63,433 nt of DNA, filler included, from Basidiobolus ranarum (GCA_040143965.1; 28 parts of 28 records of this genome joined end to end with filler, not necessarily neighbours in it), one strand, 5' to 3'. Positions 38,278 through 49,867 are shown, counted from the whole stretch's first letter. The notes: generated from the sequence alone by a model not told the origin. A program made the numbers and translations.

Positions 38278-38544
38278 CTAACAATCTCCACAGTTATCTC
38301 CACCGCAGTCATCATTCCATCCAGATCCCCAACCGCCGAATCTTCCAAACCTACCAAATCTGCGACCACCAAAACGACCGAACCTTCGGCCTCTTCCAAA
38401 TCGGCCACGACCAAAGCGTCCTCGGCCTCTTCCAAAGCGACCACGTCCTCGACCTCCTCTACCCCCACGTCCGCGTCCGCGTCCACCTCGACCTCCACGT
38501 CCTCCACGTCGCAACTCGGTTTCTTCAGGAGAAGTATCTAAATA
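38278..38544 (-). CDS. Tandem paralog of the Gly/Arg-rich secreted peptide precursor (3' part)
   Basis: YLDTSPEETELRR|GGRGGRGGRGRG...FGGWGSGWNDDCGGDNCGDC*. Frame is open to the contig edge. Confidence 0.8.
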   Translation of the reverse strand, partial: YLDTSPEETELRRGGRGGRGGRGRGRGGRGGRGRGRFGRGRGRFGRGRFGRGRRFGRFGGRRFGRFGRFGGWGSGWNDDCGGDNCGDC

Positions 38545-38644
38545 NNNNNNNNNNNNNNNNNNNNNNNNNNNNNNNNNNNNNNNNNNNNTTAATTAATTAA
38601 NNNNNNNNNNNNNNNNNNNNNNNNNNNNNNNNNNNNNNNNNNNN

Positions 38645-39575
38645 CAAACAAACATACACCAGAGATAGACCCCCATATACCAACGATAATATCCTGGTCA
38701 CATGGAGGTACTAATGTCTATGTTACTGGAACCTTCAATGGGTGGAAGCATAAAATTCGACTTAACCGAAGGTAATTCCTTCCTTCTCCCTATCTTTAGT
38801 ATTGGTGATATTGATGTAATTCATTTTAGTACTAGTGACTTTACTACGGTGATTGATTTTCCACCAGGTAGACATAGATTAAAGTTCATTGTGGATGAAG
38901 AATGGAAATGTTCCAATGATCTGTTAATCGCACCTGATGCAGATGGTAATTTGGTGAATTTTATTGATGTCTCCCCCACTGGAGATGAAATTTCCGGACT
39001 ACAATGTAATCAAGAAGGAGACGGTAATTCCGAGAATAAAAATACTCCAGGTATGACTTTATTCCTTTTAATGAGCCATTCGAAGGTTCACTTGGTTCAC
39101 ATCTTGATGTTAAGGATTGTATTAATAAGTTATCAATGTTCATTACATTTAGTATCTCCTCCTGGATCACCATCCGGAAGTTATTCGAATATCATACCCG
39201 AGTACTTGACTAGTTCAGATAAAAGAGATCCATCAAATACTCCCGCAAGTGGTGACTCGAAGGGAGCTAAAAAGCCACCGATATTACCACCTCATCTAGA
39301 AAAGGTGCTACTTAATAGTGCGTTAGTTTCGAATGATGATCCAATGGCACTACCAGTCCCAAATCATGTCGTTTTAAATCATTTATATGCTTGCTCCATC
39401 AGAGATGGTGTAATGGCAGTTGCAGGTACCACAAGATATCGCCAAAAAGTAAGTAGTTCAACATTTTCTTCCTCCGTTCACACTAACTTCCTTTCGCTTT
39501 AATGTACCCAAGCTAATAGTCATTTCACTTCTACAGTACATGTCTACCGTATATTATAGGCCAGTTACTATGTAA
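38645..39575 (+). CDS. SNF1/AMPK beta subunit (Sip2/Gal83 family), 5'-truncated. Exons <38645-38771, 38830-39050, 39153-39448, 39537-39575
   Basis: CBM48 IPTIISWSHGGTNVYVTGTFNGWKHKIRL...HRLKFIVDEEWK...GNLVN. ASC domain PPILPPHLEKVLLN...LPVPNHVVLNHLYACSIRDGVMAVAGTTRYRQKYMSTVYYRPV. Three GT-AG introns. Confidence 0.93.
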
Positions 39576-40092
39576 AATGGGGATGTAGATTTTCAATGTT
39601 GTAAAGAAAATAGTGAAAATCATTCCGGAAGGTTTCCTTTCTCTCGTACCAGAAAGTTAATGATTGCTCACCCAGATAAATGAAAATCCATTATCTAGTA
39701 TAGACAATGGTAACCTATTTCTTATCTACTTTGGAATCTTTTCATCTTGGACTCTTCTCCTCATACAATCTTATTTCATATGATTTTCTCCCCACTATCT
39801 CTACTTCTATCTGCAAGGCATCTGTTATATTCTTTGAACCGTAATTCTCTCTCTCCCCTCTCCATTCTCCCATTTTGATGTAAATATATCAATAAATATA
39901 TATTTCATTCATTATTTACTAGACAAATAGATTGAGAATGGTTGGAACATACGCAAAGGGCAAGGAAAAAGAGAAGGAAAAGGGAATAGGTTGAAAGCAA
40001 TAACTAAAGAAGCAATGATTCTGGAAATATTTTATTGTTAAGGATGTATCTTTCATCAATAATCTAACCCAAATTCACGAACTCTCATCAAG

Positions 40093-40810
40093 TTAATTTA
40101 ATCGTACGTAATTTGCAGGGAACTAAAAAATATTCATAATGGTTAGAGATTGTTGTAAAATCATTTTTTAAATGGATTCCACTTACATTTCCTTCCCGGC
40201 CGTTACACCTTCCTTTCCACCAATCATTTTGACTCTCGGTTTTCTTAAGAATTACTACTACATCTCCTTGTTTGAGTGGCAAATCATCCACTTCAATGGC
40301 ATTGAAATCATATAGGGCAGTGGCAGTTTCTTCATTAACTTTAGGCGGTGGTGGTGGGACAACTCTTCCTCTGGCCGATGACAAGGGGTTGGCTTGGGAG
40401 GTTGCGGAATAATAAGGAGGTGCCGGGGCTTCGTATTGATTAGGTTCGTATGATTGATTGTGGCTGGGATAACCAGATTTGGAATCGAGTGGATTGGAGT
40501 AGCTACTGGTGTTCGTATTGGTGTTGGTATGAGTACTTGGTACTCTAGTTGAGCCAGTAGTTGCATAGGATGATGATCTGCCTAATCCCTCAGTGGCAGT
40601 GCTAGAAGAAGTATATGGATTGGCTGTGGTAGTATTATACGCAGTTTGATTACTTCTAGCTGCCTTGATGTTAAGGGCACGAAGTAACATATCTGCATCC
40701 GGAGGAGCAGGAACCGCACCAGAGAGAATTTCTCTAGCGGTAATTTTACGACCATAAAATTTAGCATTTGCATCTTTTCTTTCTACAATGACTGACCCTT
40801 CGATAGAGAC
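40093..40810 (-). CDS. YSC84: Ysc84/Lsb3 family protein (SYLF + SH3), 3' part. Exons >40810-40187 and 40122-40093
   Basis: VSIEGSVIVERKDANAKFYGRKITAREILSGAVPAPP (SYLF end). SH3 ATALYDFNA...DWWKGRCNGREGN|FPANYV across a GTAAGT...TTTAG intron. Confidence 0.9.
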
Positions 40811-40910
40811 NNNNNNNNNNNNNNNNNNNNNNNNNNNNNNNNNNNNNNNNNNNNTTAATTAATTAANNNNNNNNNNNNNNNNNNNNNNNNNNNNNNNNNN
40901 NNNNNNNNNN

Positions 40911-41015
40911 GATCAAAATTAAAGCAATATCTCTCAGATGTTGCTTTACTTGCTGATAACAAATTTTTTGCTATCCCAGGCACATATAGCACATTTTTCA
41001 GTGTCAAACACATGT
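40911..41015 (-). mobile_element. Small copia pol fragment (post-protease region)
   Basis: Reverse complement matches 47780-47888 (GGGATAGCAAAAAATTTG..ATCAG..AGTAAAGC.ACATCTGAG). Confidence 0.7.
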
Positions 41016-42890
41016 CCCCAGCCATACAGAGAAGAAAAAAGGCGAATTGACATCTTTTTTAGTTTACGGATAGAAAAGTTTGTTAAGCATATACTCTCAA
41101 AAGAAACTGATGAGTTACAGTAATGAACTGCACAATTTGTCTACAATTATTTTGTTCACTTAACTCATGGTCTTAGTTCAGCTGGATTTGGTAGATTTGC
41201 CAGATTCATTTGTTACAAGGTGCAAGATTGGCGGCTTAGGCACAAGAATGATTACTAATATGAGAGTTTGATGGGCATATAATCAGACCAGACTCTCCAA
41301 ACTCAAACTAAGCATACAAATTTACCTTCCATGAGAGAAATTAAGGATTTATGTCAATTAAGCATATATATAAGAATAAAATCAACCAATGCCTCCGTAT
41401 CAAGAGCTTTGCATGTCTAAATTCAATCAAATTTCTTATGTGGTTTACCAGTCACTATTTTGTTCGGACGTTCTGCGGAGTATGCTGAACCAACTCTTCA
41501 GATAGGCAATTAAAAGTGGTGTTCGCAGGATTAGCACTGGTACAGATGTAGACTGAATCGACCGGCAACGAGCACTTTGGAGAATTCCTATTACATCGGC
41601 CAATGAGTTTGCCTTGTATGGTAGCAGCCATTAAGTGGCATTAGGGAGATGTTACTTCAAATTGTACATATTCACATACTGTGGGCGACATGTGGTGATT
41701 ACAAATTTCTTGGACCCTTCCAGAGATCAAACATACATTTTTTCTCGATGGTTCCCTTACATTATATCAATAGCCTCTATTATTTATATGATTCTCTCTT
41801 CCTTTATTACATGTTTTCTGTATCGTTGTGACTTCCTTGTATCTTCTGGCAAATGGTCTTGTGCTTTATCGAAAACATCGATTGAGACAAAGACATCTCA
41901 CATTTGCAAGATTGATCACAGTTGTAAGGGTATCACTGATACATCCAACTAGTACTGTTTTGTAAGAAGCAGAGGCTTCTGTTCATTTCGTATTTCTCAC
42001 AGAGTAAAACAACTTGGATCGGATACTATATATTAAAGGTTGATCGTATTGATCCCCAACCAAATCTATGCATAATAAATGAGCTGGGGAGGGGGTCACT
42101 TGCCTTATGACGTATGCTGTGAGCTTCGCTGGAATATGAATTTAATTCAGCATCACTTGAGAACTAAGCTCTGATGTTCGAATGCCTCAACACTTTGCCT
42201 GACGAACTCTAGTTTGAGGAATCATCGGACATCAGGTGAGCTTGCTTTATTATTCCTTGACTATACAGTAACCAGGAATTCTGCAACGAATGAGATACTG
42301 CTACTATGTGAATTAAACGTATGGTAATTTTACTGACATGTCGAGAGATTCTTCTCCAGAGTCAAATGGTTAAGAATAAACAGTTTCATATTGATTTTTT
42401 TAATTCGTCTCATTTTAGATTAAAACATTGTATTACTGTTCATCACCTAAAAGAAACTACAATTAGGATGTCTTAACAGGCGCAAAATGAATTTAGACGT
42501 ATGAAAGTGAGAAGTAAAAGACAAGGTGCTAGCTAGTGAGGGGGTTTGGAAAAGTATCAAAATCTTACACATTAGAGAATCACGTTAAGCATAAAAAAGA
42601 TTGAGTTAAAGAATTATTAAAAGTGCTAGAATTCCTAGATATTGTGTTCCGTTCTCAGGAATTTCATGAATCAATCTCACATTTGAGAAGCATTCTGTAG
42701 ACCTAGTAACATATCTCAAGGGTTTCGAATTGTTAAATCAACTTATCGCAAGCATGCATGGCATTCTCATCAGGTCATACATTATACTACCCCTTCAAAC
42801 GCTCCTCAGCCCAGCCATGATAGGCCAAGAAGTAATATTGAATATTCACAAATTATAAAGCGGTAAAGAAGGTTGGTTTTTGTCCATAAA

Positions 42891-43073
42891 TTAGTATCTC
42901 CGTAGATTCCTCTCATTCTGCCACATCGTTGAGTCTAAACTGTGACCACGTAAAAGTGATGTTGTGGAGTTCACAGACATTGAATCGTGGACTTGGGGCT
43001 GCTCCTCAATAGGATGCATGAACTTATTCAGTCGCGGTTCGGATAATCGGCGTGTCTTGAGTCGTTCATATCC
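42891..43073 (-). CDS. Probable 3' end of an unidentified gene
   Basis: 61 open codons from the contig edge (GYERLKTRRLSEPRLNKFMHPIEEQPQ...RRY*) in CpG-rich, non-repeat DNA. No recognisable domain. Confidence 0.4.
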   Translation of the reverse strand, partial: GYERLKTRRLSEPRLNKFMHPIEEQPQVHDSMSVNSTTSLLRGHSLDSTMWQNERNLRRY

Positions 43074-43175
43074 AANNNNNNNNNNNNNNNNNNNNNNNNN
43101 NNNNNNNNNNNNNNNNNNNTTAATTAATTAANNNNNNNNNNNNNNNNNNNNNNNNNNNNNNNNNNNNNNNNNNNN

Positions 43176-43530
43176 CGCTAGCATCGCTGGCTAAAGAAAT
43201 CGTACCAGTAGCGGCAACGGTTTCGTTAACATCATTATCTTCAATGGCTTTTTGGTTTGAAGGACTTGTCCAGATCAGAAACTCGGCATCCAGCTCTGAT
43301 GCTATCACTGCTGAGAACCACGCAGGATCACAAACTGGAAAACCACCATAGAGATTTTGCGCTTCAGTGGAGTTGTTGCAAGGAGTATCAGCAGGATATG
43401 ATTGCTCAATGGGAGTGTAAGTAAGGGGAGGGATCTTCCCTGAGAGGTCAAGAGTAATCCCAATGGGCTTAGCTAAGGCAGAAGTAGCAAGCACGGTCCA
43501 AACAGCTAGGTCAGTCAAGCGAAGTTGCAT
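43176..43530 (-). CDS. Uncharacterised secreted protein, 5' part
   Basis: MQLRLTDLAVWTVLATSALA|KP signal-like N-terminus, a TATATATA box just upstream, and an ORF open to the contig edge. Confidence 0.7.
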
Positions 43531-45124
43531 CTTAATATTGTAGGTTGGAATAATCCACAGCAATACGCAAACCATCTATTATATATAGATGAGCTTCCAG
43601 TACTTGTTGACCTCCATGTAAAACTTTTCTGATTGATGCTGTTTATGCCTTATCGCTGTGGAAGATTCTACCCTTGTCTTTTCATCTAATTCTGGAACAA
43701 CCCAAACACTAGCCAAGTCTTTGTTATCTGATTACCTCTTTCTGGCCAAGTATTTGTCATGTTTCTAGTTCCTTCTGGCTAAGCAACCTCCTTCTGACAC
43801 TATGGCTACACGATACACTAGTCAAGTCTTAGCGGCTGTAGAGGACAAGTAGAGTAATTCAGCAGCCTCCTAACGATGCAATTGAAGTAGCAACACAATG
43901 TTAATGACTCCAAGGAGCATGCGGAGTTCTTCCTCGAAATGGAATATTCTATCACTTGCCCTAATTTAGCAATACTAGCAGTTGTTTGCTAATAGAATAT
44001 TCTAGCACCCTACCTCCCTCCCACACGCTTACCCACGGAAAGCATATTTGTGAGCCGAAAATTCTTTTGTATCGGCTAAATCTATTAATCCGACAAAAAT
44101 GCTTGCGCGGCCGCAATGCTCTTCTGTAAATTGAAGTATCAAAATAGTGGAATGGTGCACAACACAAATTTCGTAGATTTGCCAAAAGATGCGAATGGAG
44201 AAATCGATATCGAACACAAGACCGATCGATTAACTTTGTGTACTTGGCTGATAGATCGACTCTGTGTTCCTAGCTGATAGATCAACTGTGTGTATTGAAG
44301 TGATGGATCAATGCAAGATACGTACTGTAATTCAGCGAATGGTCCAGATCTTGCTAGAAGATTTCTATTGGATGAACAGAAATATGGCTAGCGTAGTGAT
44401 GGGTGGAATGTGATACCAATATGGCTAGTGTAGTGATGGGCTAGCGTGGATATATAGAGTAGAGTGACACATTGTTCTGGTTGGAATTGATAAACTATAT
44501 AGATCCGCTCATTAACTTCTCAATATTTGAATGGCGATGTAAACTGAAAGTAGCCTCGAAGATCATTTCCCTTGTCATGACCTAGAACAAGTGTAACTTG
44601 CGCCTTGTCCAAACAAATGATAATGACTGAGACCACAACGATGGAAATGGTAACAAAAATAACAATGGCAATGGGAAAGATCGCAACGGTAGTAATGGAT
44701 ACGTAGCCATGGAGACGGAAAAAGTTACCAATTACGAACCGCAACTAATAGTATGGTATATCGACGGTTGTTTACAATTGATTGATGCGAAATGCCAATA
44801 CGCTTGATTTTTTACTGTTTATTTTGATGCATTAAAAGCACTGGTAAAACTCATGAATCAGACCCGCTTGTTGTGCTCATTACAGGCAAACAAAACCAAA
44901 ATTAAGCTCTAAACCCTGAATTTTTATTTTGAGATTACCAGTTGGGAATTGCCACATGAAGGCCACTATCCTTCAATACTGACCATGCGGAGCTTAGAGA
45001 TGAATCAAACCAGCGAAATACACAACGTGAATGTAACAGTTTAAATTTATTTAGCAATTAATGTGTTTGGAAATTACACGCACTTAACATTGTTGTAAGT
45101 GATATAATACAGTAAGCGTGTCAT

Positions 45125-45340
45125 CTAGTAATCAATATTCTCAAAAGGATTCATGGTAAATGGAGCCTTATAACCATTTGCTGGCTTCATGGGCAGTGCC
45201 ACACTACTGCGAAGTCCATTCTTGATCATATTTTCGGTAGCAGGGATGATTGTGTTATATTCAGATCCAGGGCCATATGGGATCATACATACGCGCTCTC
45301 CAGCACAGTTGGGTTCGCTATAAAAGCAGTAGATAGCCTC
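45125..45340 (-). CDS. 3' end of a Cys-containing protein
   Basis: 72 open codons from the contig edge: EAIYCFYSEPNCAGERVCMIPYGPGSEYNTIIPATENMIKNGLRSSVALPMKPANGYKAPFTMNPFENIDY*. Confidence 0.55.
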   Translation of the reverse strand, partial: EAIYCFYSEPNCAGERVCMIPYGPGSEYNTIIPATENMIKNGLRSSVALPMKPANGYKAPFTMNPFENIDY

Positions 45341-45440
45341 NNNNNNNNNNNNNNNNNNNNNNNNNNNNNNNNNNNNNNNNNNNNTTAATTAATTAANNNN
45401 NNNNNNNNNNNNNNNNNNNNNNNNNNNNNNNNNNNNNNNN

Positions 45441-46906
45441 ATAGCAACTTTGTAGTTATTACTTATGCTTGCATACTAATCATTGGGTTTTCTGCCTGCA
45501 CAACTCCATGATTATACTGTCAAGAGCCTGATCAGATTTCAACATGATCCCTGATATCAATTCACCACATAGTCAGTCTAACATCAAACTGAGTATTAGC
45601 TGTAAGCCTAAGATTATATTGTTAAAGGGGATCAGCTGGAGCCAGAGCTTCCCATTAGGCACTATGCATTTACTATTCAACAACATTCCAATACTACTCA
45701 CTCAGCTATATAGTGGAAAATTCAATATGAATGAGCCATTTGAGATAGGAGCAAAGTTTGAATTGATTGGGAAAATGCTTGAAAATGTCAAGATACCATC
45801 ATATTTTACCAGGACTCCCATGAATATCTACTCATATTGGTGTTTATTTAAATGCAAAGACTGGAAGTATTAGATTAGTATATACTCAAGTGGAATCTGG
45901 AAAAGATTTTTGCTGGATCAGTATTAGCAACAGTGGGGTTGTTTGTGGATATTGTTAATATATTCTGATGGCATCAACTCACATTGGCAGACCTCAGGCA
46001 GATATAGCAACTGCATGAAGACTTTGTAATTGGATGAGAAAAACTTTATTACAGGTTTAAAGAAGATAGCCTGAATCTATGCCAGTATTCAATATATTCC
46101 TGGCTGCATCTTTCATAATTCTTAGAGATTTTAGGTCTTTGCTATACATTCTGGGAGTTTTCAATGGAGCACATCTACCATAAAATGATGCTTTGTGTGA
46201 AATTGTCAGTATTACCATAAGCTAATCTGAATAACAATGTATCAGCAAATTTGTGATGGATGTAATGCAATGGGTTGCGGAGACTTTAGAGTATATCAAC
46301 CTTCCCACAAAGGGCTCTTTCAATGTGCCCATCAGTTTTCACATTATTTGAGCACAATAGCAGCAACAAAACCTAATCCATGCATACAGAGTAAGTACCT
46401 CAATGATTTGGACTAATTTGTTTGTGTGATAATCTGGTGGTAGTTTGAGAAAAGCCACAAGACAGCCTTCTGGGTGAGATAGATCAAAAGGTGCAGTATA
46501 GTTGTTTTAGCCATGAGGTAATCTATTTAAGCAGGACATATTTACTTGCAGCAGGGATTTGTTCACTATAGGTCAGGGATATTTTGGCCAAATTCTTTAC
46601 AGAAATATGCAAAAATCCAGGAGATTATTCTCATTGTGAACAATAAAAAGAGTCAGCTATTTGTTAAGTGTTGGTGCTATTTAAAATTTCAGATGTTTAG
46701 CAATTTTTCCACCATTAGTTTGCTGGTAGAGCATATTGTTGTTGTTGAGTTATATCTGATCAGTCAAGTATATGCATATGTAGAGACTAAACACAACAAG
46801 ATTCTTGTATTTTTTGATCCTCATTATGGCTAGAATACAAAGCCTAAAATATTAAAATAAAGGCATGCATGTTAATTCAAATTTGTAGAGCAGTAAACCC
46901 AGTAAT
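45441..46906 (+). mobile_element. CACTA-type transposase, C-terminal half (pseudogene)
   Basis: SFPLGTMHLLFNNI, IPSYFTRTPMNI...FKCKDW, YYRFKEDSLNLCQYSIYSWLHL...FWEFSMEH...VKLSVLP*ANLNN, then the conserved C-terminus. Confidence 0.87.
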
Positions 46907-47253
46907 TGTTGAAATTAGCATTGCCTAAACATCTAAATAGTCATATATAGCTTAGTACTTAGTTATCTTATAATTCACTAAGATATTATCATTTATTCTC
47001 AATTGGAATTTACTTGGAATATTTTTACCAACTTAGAAGTTCTCAGATATATAGATTTTACAAACTTGTGCTAGAAGCCCCAACTTTACACACATGTTCC
47101 TGGGACCTTCCTTAACATATTCTACATGTCAGTTTGCTTACATCTTGACAAAGCTATATATGTCAACTTTCTACTCAATAAATCAATAAGTGAAAACCAC
47201 CAATTCCTCTAATTCTCCAAACCACTTCCAACAGGCTCCCAAATACTTTAACA
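46907..47253 (+). mobile_element. Copia family A 5' LTR (347 bp), best-preserved copy, inserted in a CACTA right subterminal region
   Basis: TGTTGAAATTAGC...CTTTAACA, followed by PBS GGTTATGAGCC at 47254. Confidence 0.92.
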
Positions 47254-47257
47254 GGTT

Positions 47258-47604
47258 ATGAGCCACAAGCTTGCACTCTCTGTAATGTCCACTTCTCAAA
47301 TTTATGAAACTTTTCCTTCTTCCAAAAAATTGGATGGAACCAATTATCAAGTTTGGAATATTAAAATGAAAATGCTGCTGAAAGAAAAAGGACTTTGGGA
47401 CACTATTGTAGGAGAAGAAAACAATGCAAAACTATCTGAAGCCAAAGTTATATTCCAGGTTAAAAAAGAACAAAGTGCCTTTAACACAATTTGTCTTAAT
47501 GTTAAAGACAAATTGCTAATTCAATGTTCAAGGGCTAAAACTGCTAAGAAGGTATGGAAAGCCTTGGAAGACACCTACCAGACAAGTTCAGCTGCCAACA
47601 CGAT
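47258..47604 (+). CDS. Copia family A gag N-terminus (open to contig end)
   Basis: (MSHKLALSV)MSTSQIYETFPSSKKLDGTNYQVWNIKMKMLLKEKGLWDTIVGEE...AKTAKKVWKALEDTY. Confidence 0.9.
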
Positions 47605-47704
47605 NNNNNNNNNNNNNNNNNNNNNNNNNNNNNNNNNNNNNNNNNNNNTTAATTAATTAANNNNNNNNNNNNNNNNNNNNNNNNNNNNNNNNNNNNNNNN
47701 NNNN

Positions 47705-49552
47705 AAGATTTATATGGGCGATGGCTGGCCACTAGAAGCTCTAGGACTGGAGAAATTGAAGTGGATCATGAGGGCATTCTGGGGACCTGTGTTTGAAACT
47801 GAAAAGCATGCCATATGCATCTGGGATAGCAAAAAATTTGTCATCAGTGAGTAAAGCTACATCTGAGGGATACAGCTTTGTTTTGATGACAATGGCTGTA
47901 CAATCAAGGATCAAAAAGGGAATTATGTAGCTTCTGGAGCTAAGCAAAAAACTTGTATAAACTTCATTATATTAGGCCAATATATGAACAAGTAAGTGCT
48001 GCCACAGCTGAAGAGATGGACTGGAAAATCTGTCATAGGATATTGGGTCATCTAGGAGCTTAAAACATGAGAAATTTAATTAAAACTAAGAACATTGTGG
48101 TATTAAAATTTGTAAATCCACCGGATCTGGAGCAATGTGAAGGTTACCTATATGGTAGGCAACACAGAAAGCAATTTGTGGGCTCTGGAATGGGCAAAAT
48201 TGATCAATAGTTGGGCCTGATACACTCATATCTGTGTGGCCCAATGCAGACAAAATCCTTAGGTGGAAAAAGGTGTTTTATGATCTTTATTGATGATAAG
48301 ACAAAGTAAACTTTGGTATACTCTCCGGCTGGTAAGGTTAATGACTTTGATACCTTCAAGAAATTAAAAGCAATGGTGGAGACTGAAACAGGTCTAAAGA
48401 TGAACATTATCCATACTGATAATAGAGGGGAATATACCTCAAAACTCTTCTCTAACTTTTGCTCAACACATGGGCTAAAACAGCAGACTACAGTGCCATA
48501 TTCTCCAGAGCAGAGTGGAGTAGCAGAACATGTAAACAGACCAATAATGGAAAACGCAAGATCAATGCTTCATGATCAAGATTTACCAAAACAGTTCTGG
48601 CTGAATTGGTTGCAACTGAAGTATATATTAGGAATAGATGTCCTTCAGGGTCTCTATTTGCTATGACACCATATCAAGTTTGGTTTGGAAGTAACCATGA
48701 TGTGGCTAATCTCAGAGTTTTCAAAGTATGGAATATGCAATGATTCCAGACCAGAAGAGATCAAAATTATACCAAAAGAGCCAGAAATGTCTTTTTATGG
48801 CATATTGTGAAGGAACAAAAGGGTACAGGCTATACGACACTGAACATACAAGGCTAATGAAGTTAAGGGACATGAAATTTTCTGAAAAAAATTTTTTTCA
48901 ATCAAAACAGTCCAAGATCAAGAAAAACAACCAAAAACTGATGAAGATTCCTCTTTCTCTTGCCAGATCCTGATCAGTGCAAAAAACATTGAAAATTCTT
49001 CATCTGCAGTCTCCTCACCCAAGCCTGAGATGGCTTCATTGCCTAAATTGGTACCAGAAGTTACACTGCCAATTTCCCATCTTAGGAGATCCAATTGGAT
49101 GAGAACTCTGCCAGATTATTACTTTCACCCCTGCCACAAGGAGCCTAGTGCTAATTTAGCCTTTTCTAATGAACCCAAAATAGTACAGGAGGCTATAGAG
49201 AGTCCCAACACAAACTTTTTGAGTGCTGCAATGGAAGAAGAGTATCAGTCACTCATAGATAATCAAACTTGGACTTTGATTAAATTACTTGATGACCAAA
49301 AATCAATTCAATGCCAATGGGTGTTTAAAGGTAAATAGCAAGCTGATGGATCTGTAGAAAGATATAAAGCCAGACTTGTGGCTAAAAAATACTCTCAAAT
49401 GGAAGGAGTGGACTACAATGAAACATGTGCTCCTGTACCAAAGTTTAATTCCATCTGAACCATACTAGCAGTAGCAGCAAATCCAGCTTAGTAATCCAAC
49501 AAATGGATGTTAAACTATTTTTTTAGATGCAGACTTGGAAGAGGATATATTC
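47705..49552 (+). mobile_element. Copia pol pseudogene (GAG-pre-integrase, integrase, SH3-like, RT start)
   Basis: [96 protein letters not shown]. Integrase lies before RT, the copia order. Confidence 0.93.
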
Positions 49553-49867
49553 TGTTGAAGTTTATTGTCTTTATCATATATGTTATCCCTATCTTTATAC
49601 ACCTAACTATTTCATATATCACATATTAGTGAGTCAACATTATTTAGTCAAATATCACTTAGCTGAAAATCGGAACATATATTTTGTATATATGTGAATT
49701 ATGTGAGAATTAGCAATTACATATTGGAAATATCAAACTCATCCTAATTGCCCCAAAGGTTGTTTATTTTACTCCTACAGATGTTCTGAACACAACCCCA
49801 GTGTTAGTTTTCTGTATTTCCACCAAAATGTATAAATGGTTCATATCTGGACAATAAATAAGTATGT
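49553..49867 (+). mobile_element. LTR-like family C inserted into a copia RT
   Basis: Starts TGTTGAAGTTTATTGTC. Other pieces at about 32255-32279 and 63340-63433 (-). Confidence 0.65.

Noticed and set aside
38702-39502. 266-aa single-exon ORF
   Set aside because: It reads through introns of the AMPK-beta gene. The first and last parts are out of frame or intronic.
41635-41952. 105-aa hydrophobic ORF as a membrane protein
   Set aside because: Non-ATG start, no motif, and composition explained by T-rich intergenic DNA.
44520-44810. Hydrophobic 74-aa minus-strand ORF, or the Asn/Gly-rich plus-strand frame
   Set aside because: The hydrophobicity is the antisense of AAT/GGT-type codons. The plus frame has an upstream stop and no convincing start, so at best it is a gene relic.
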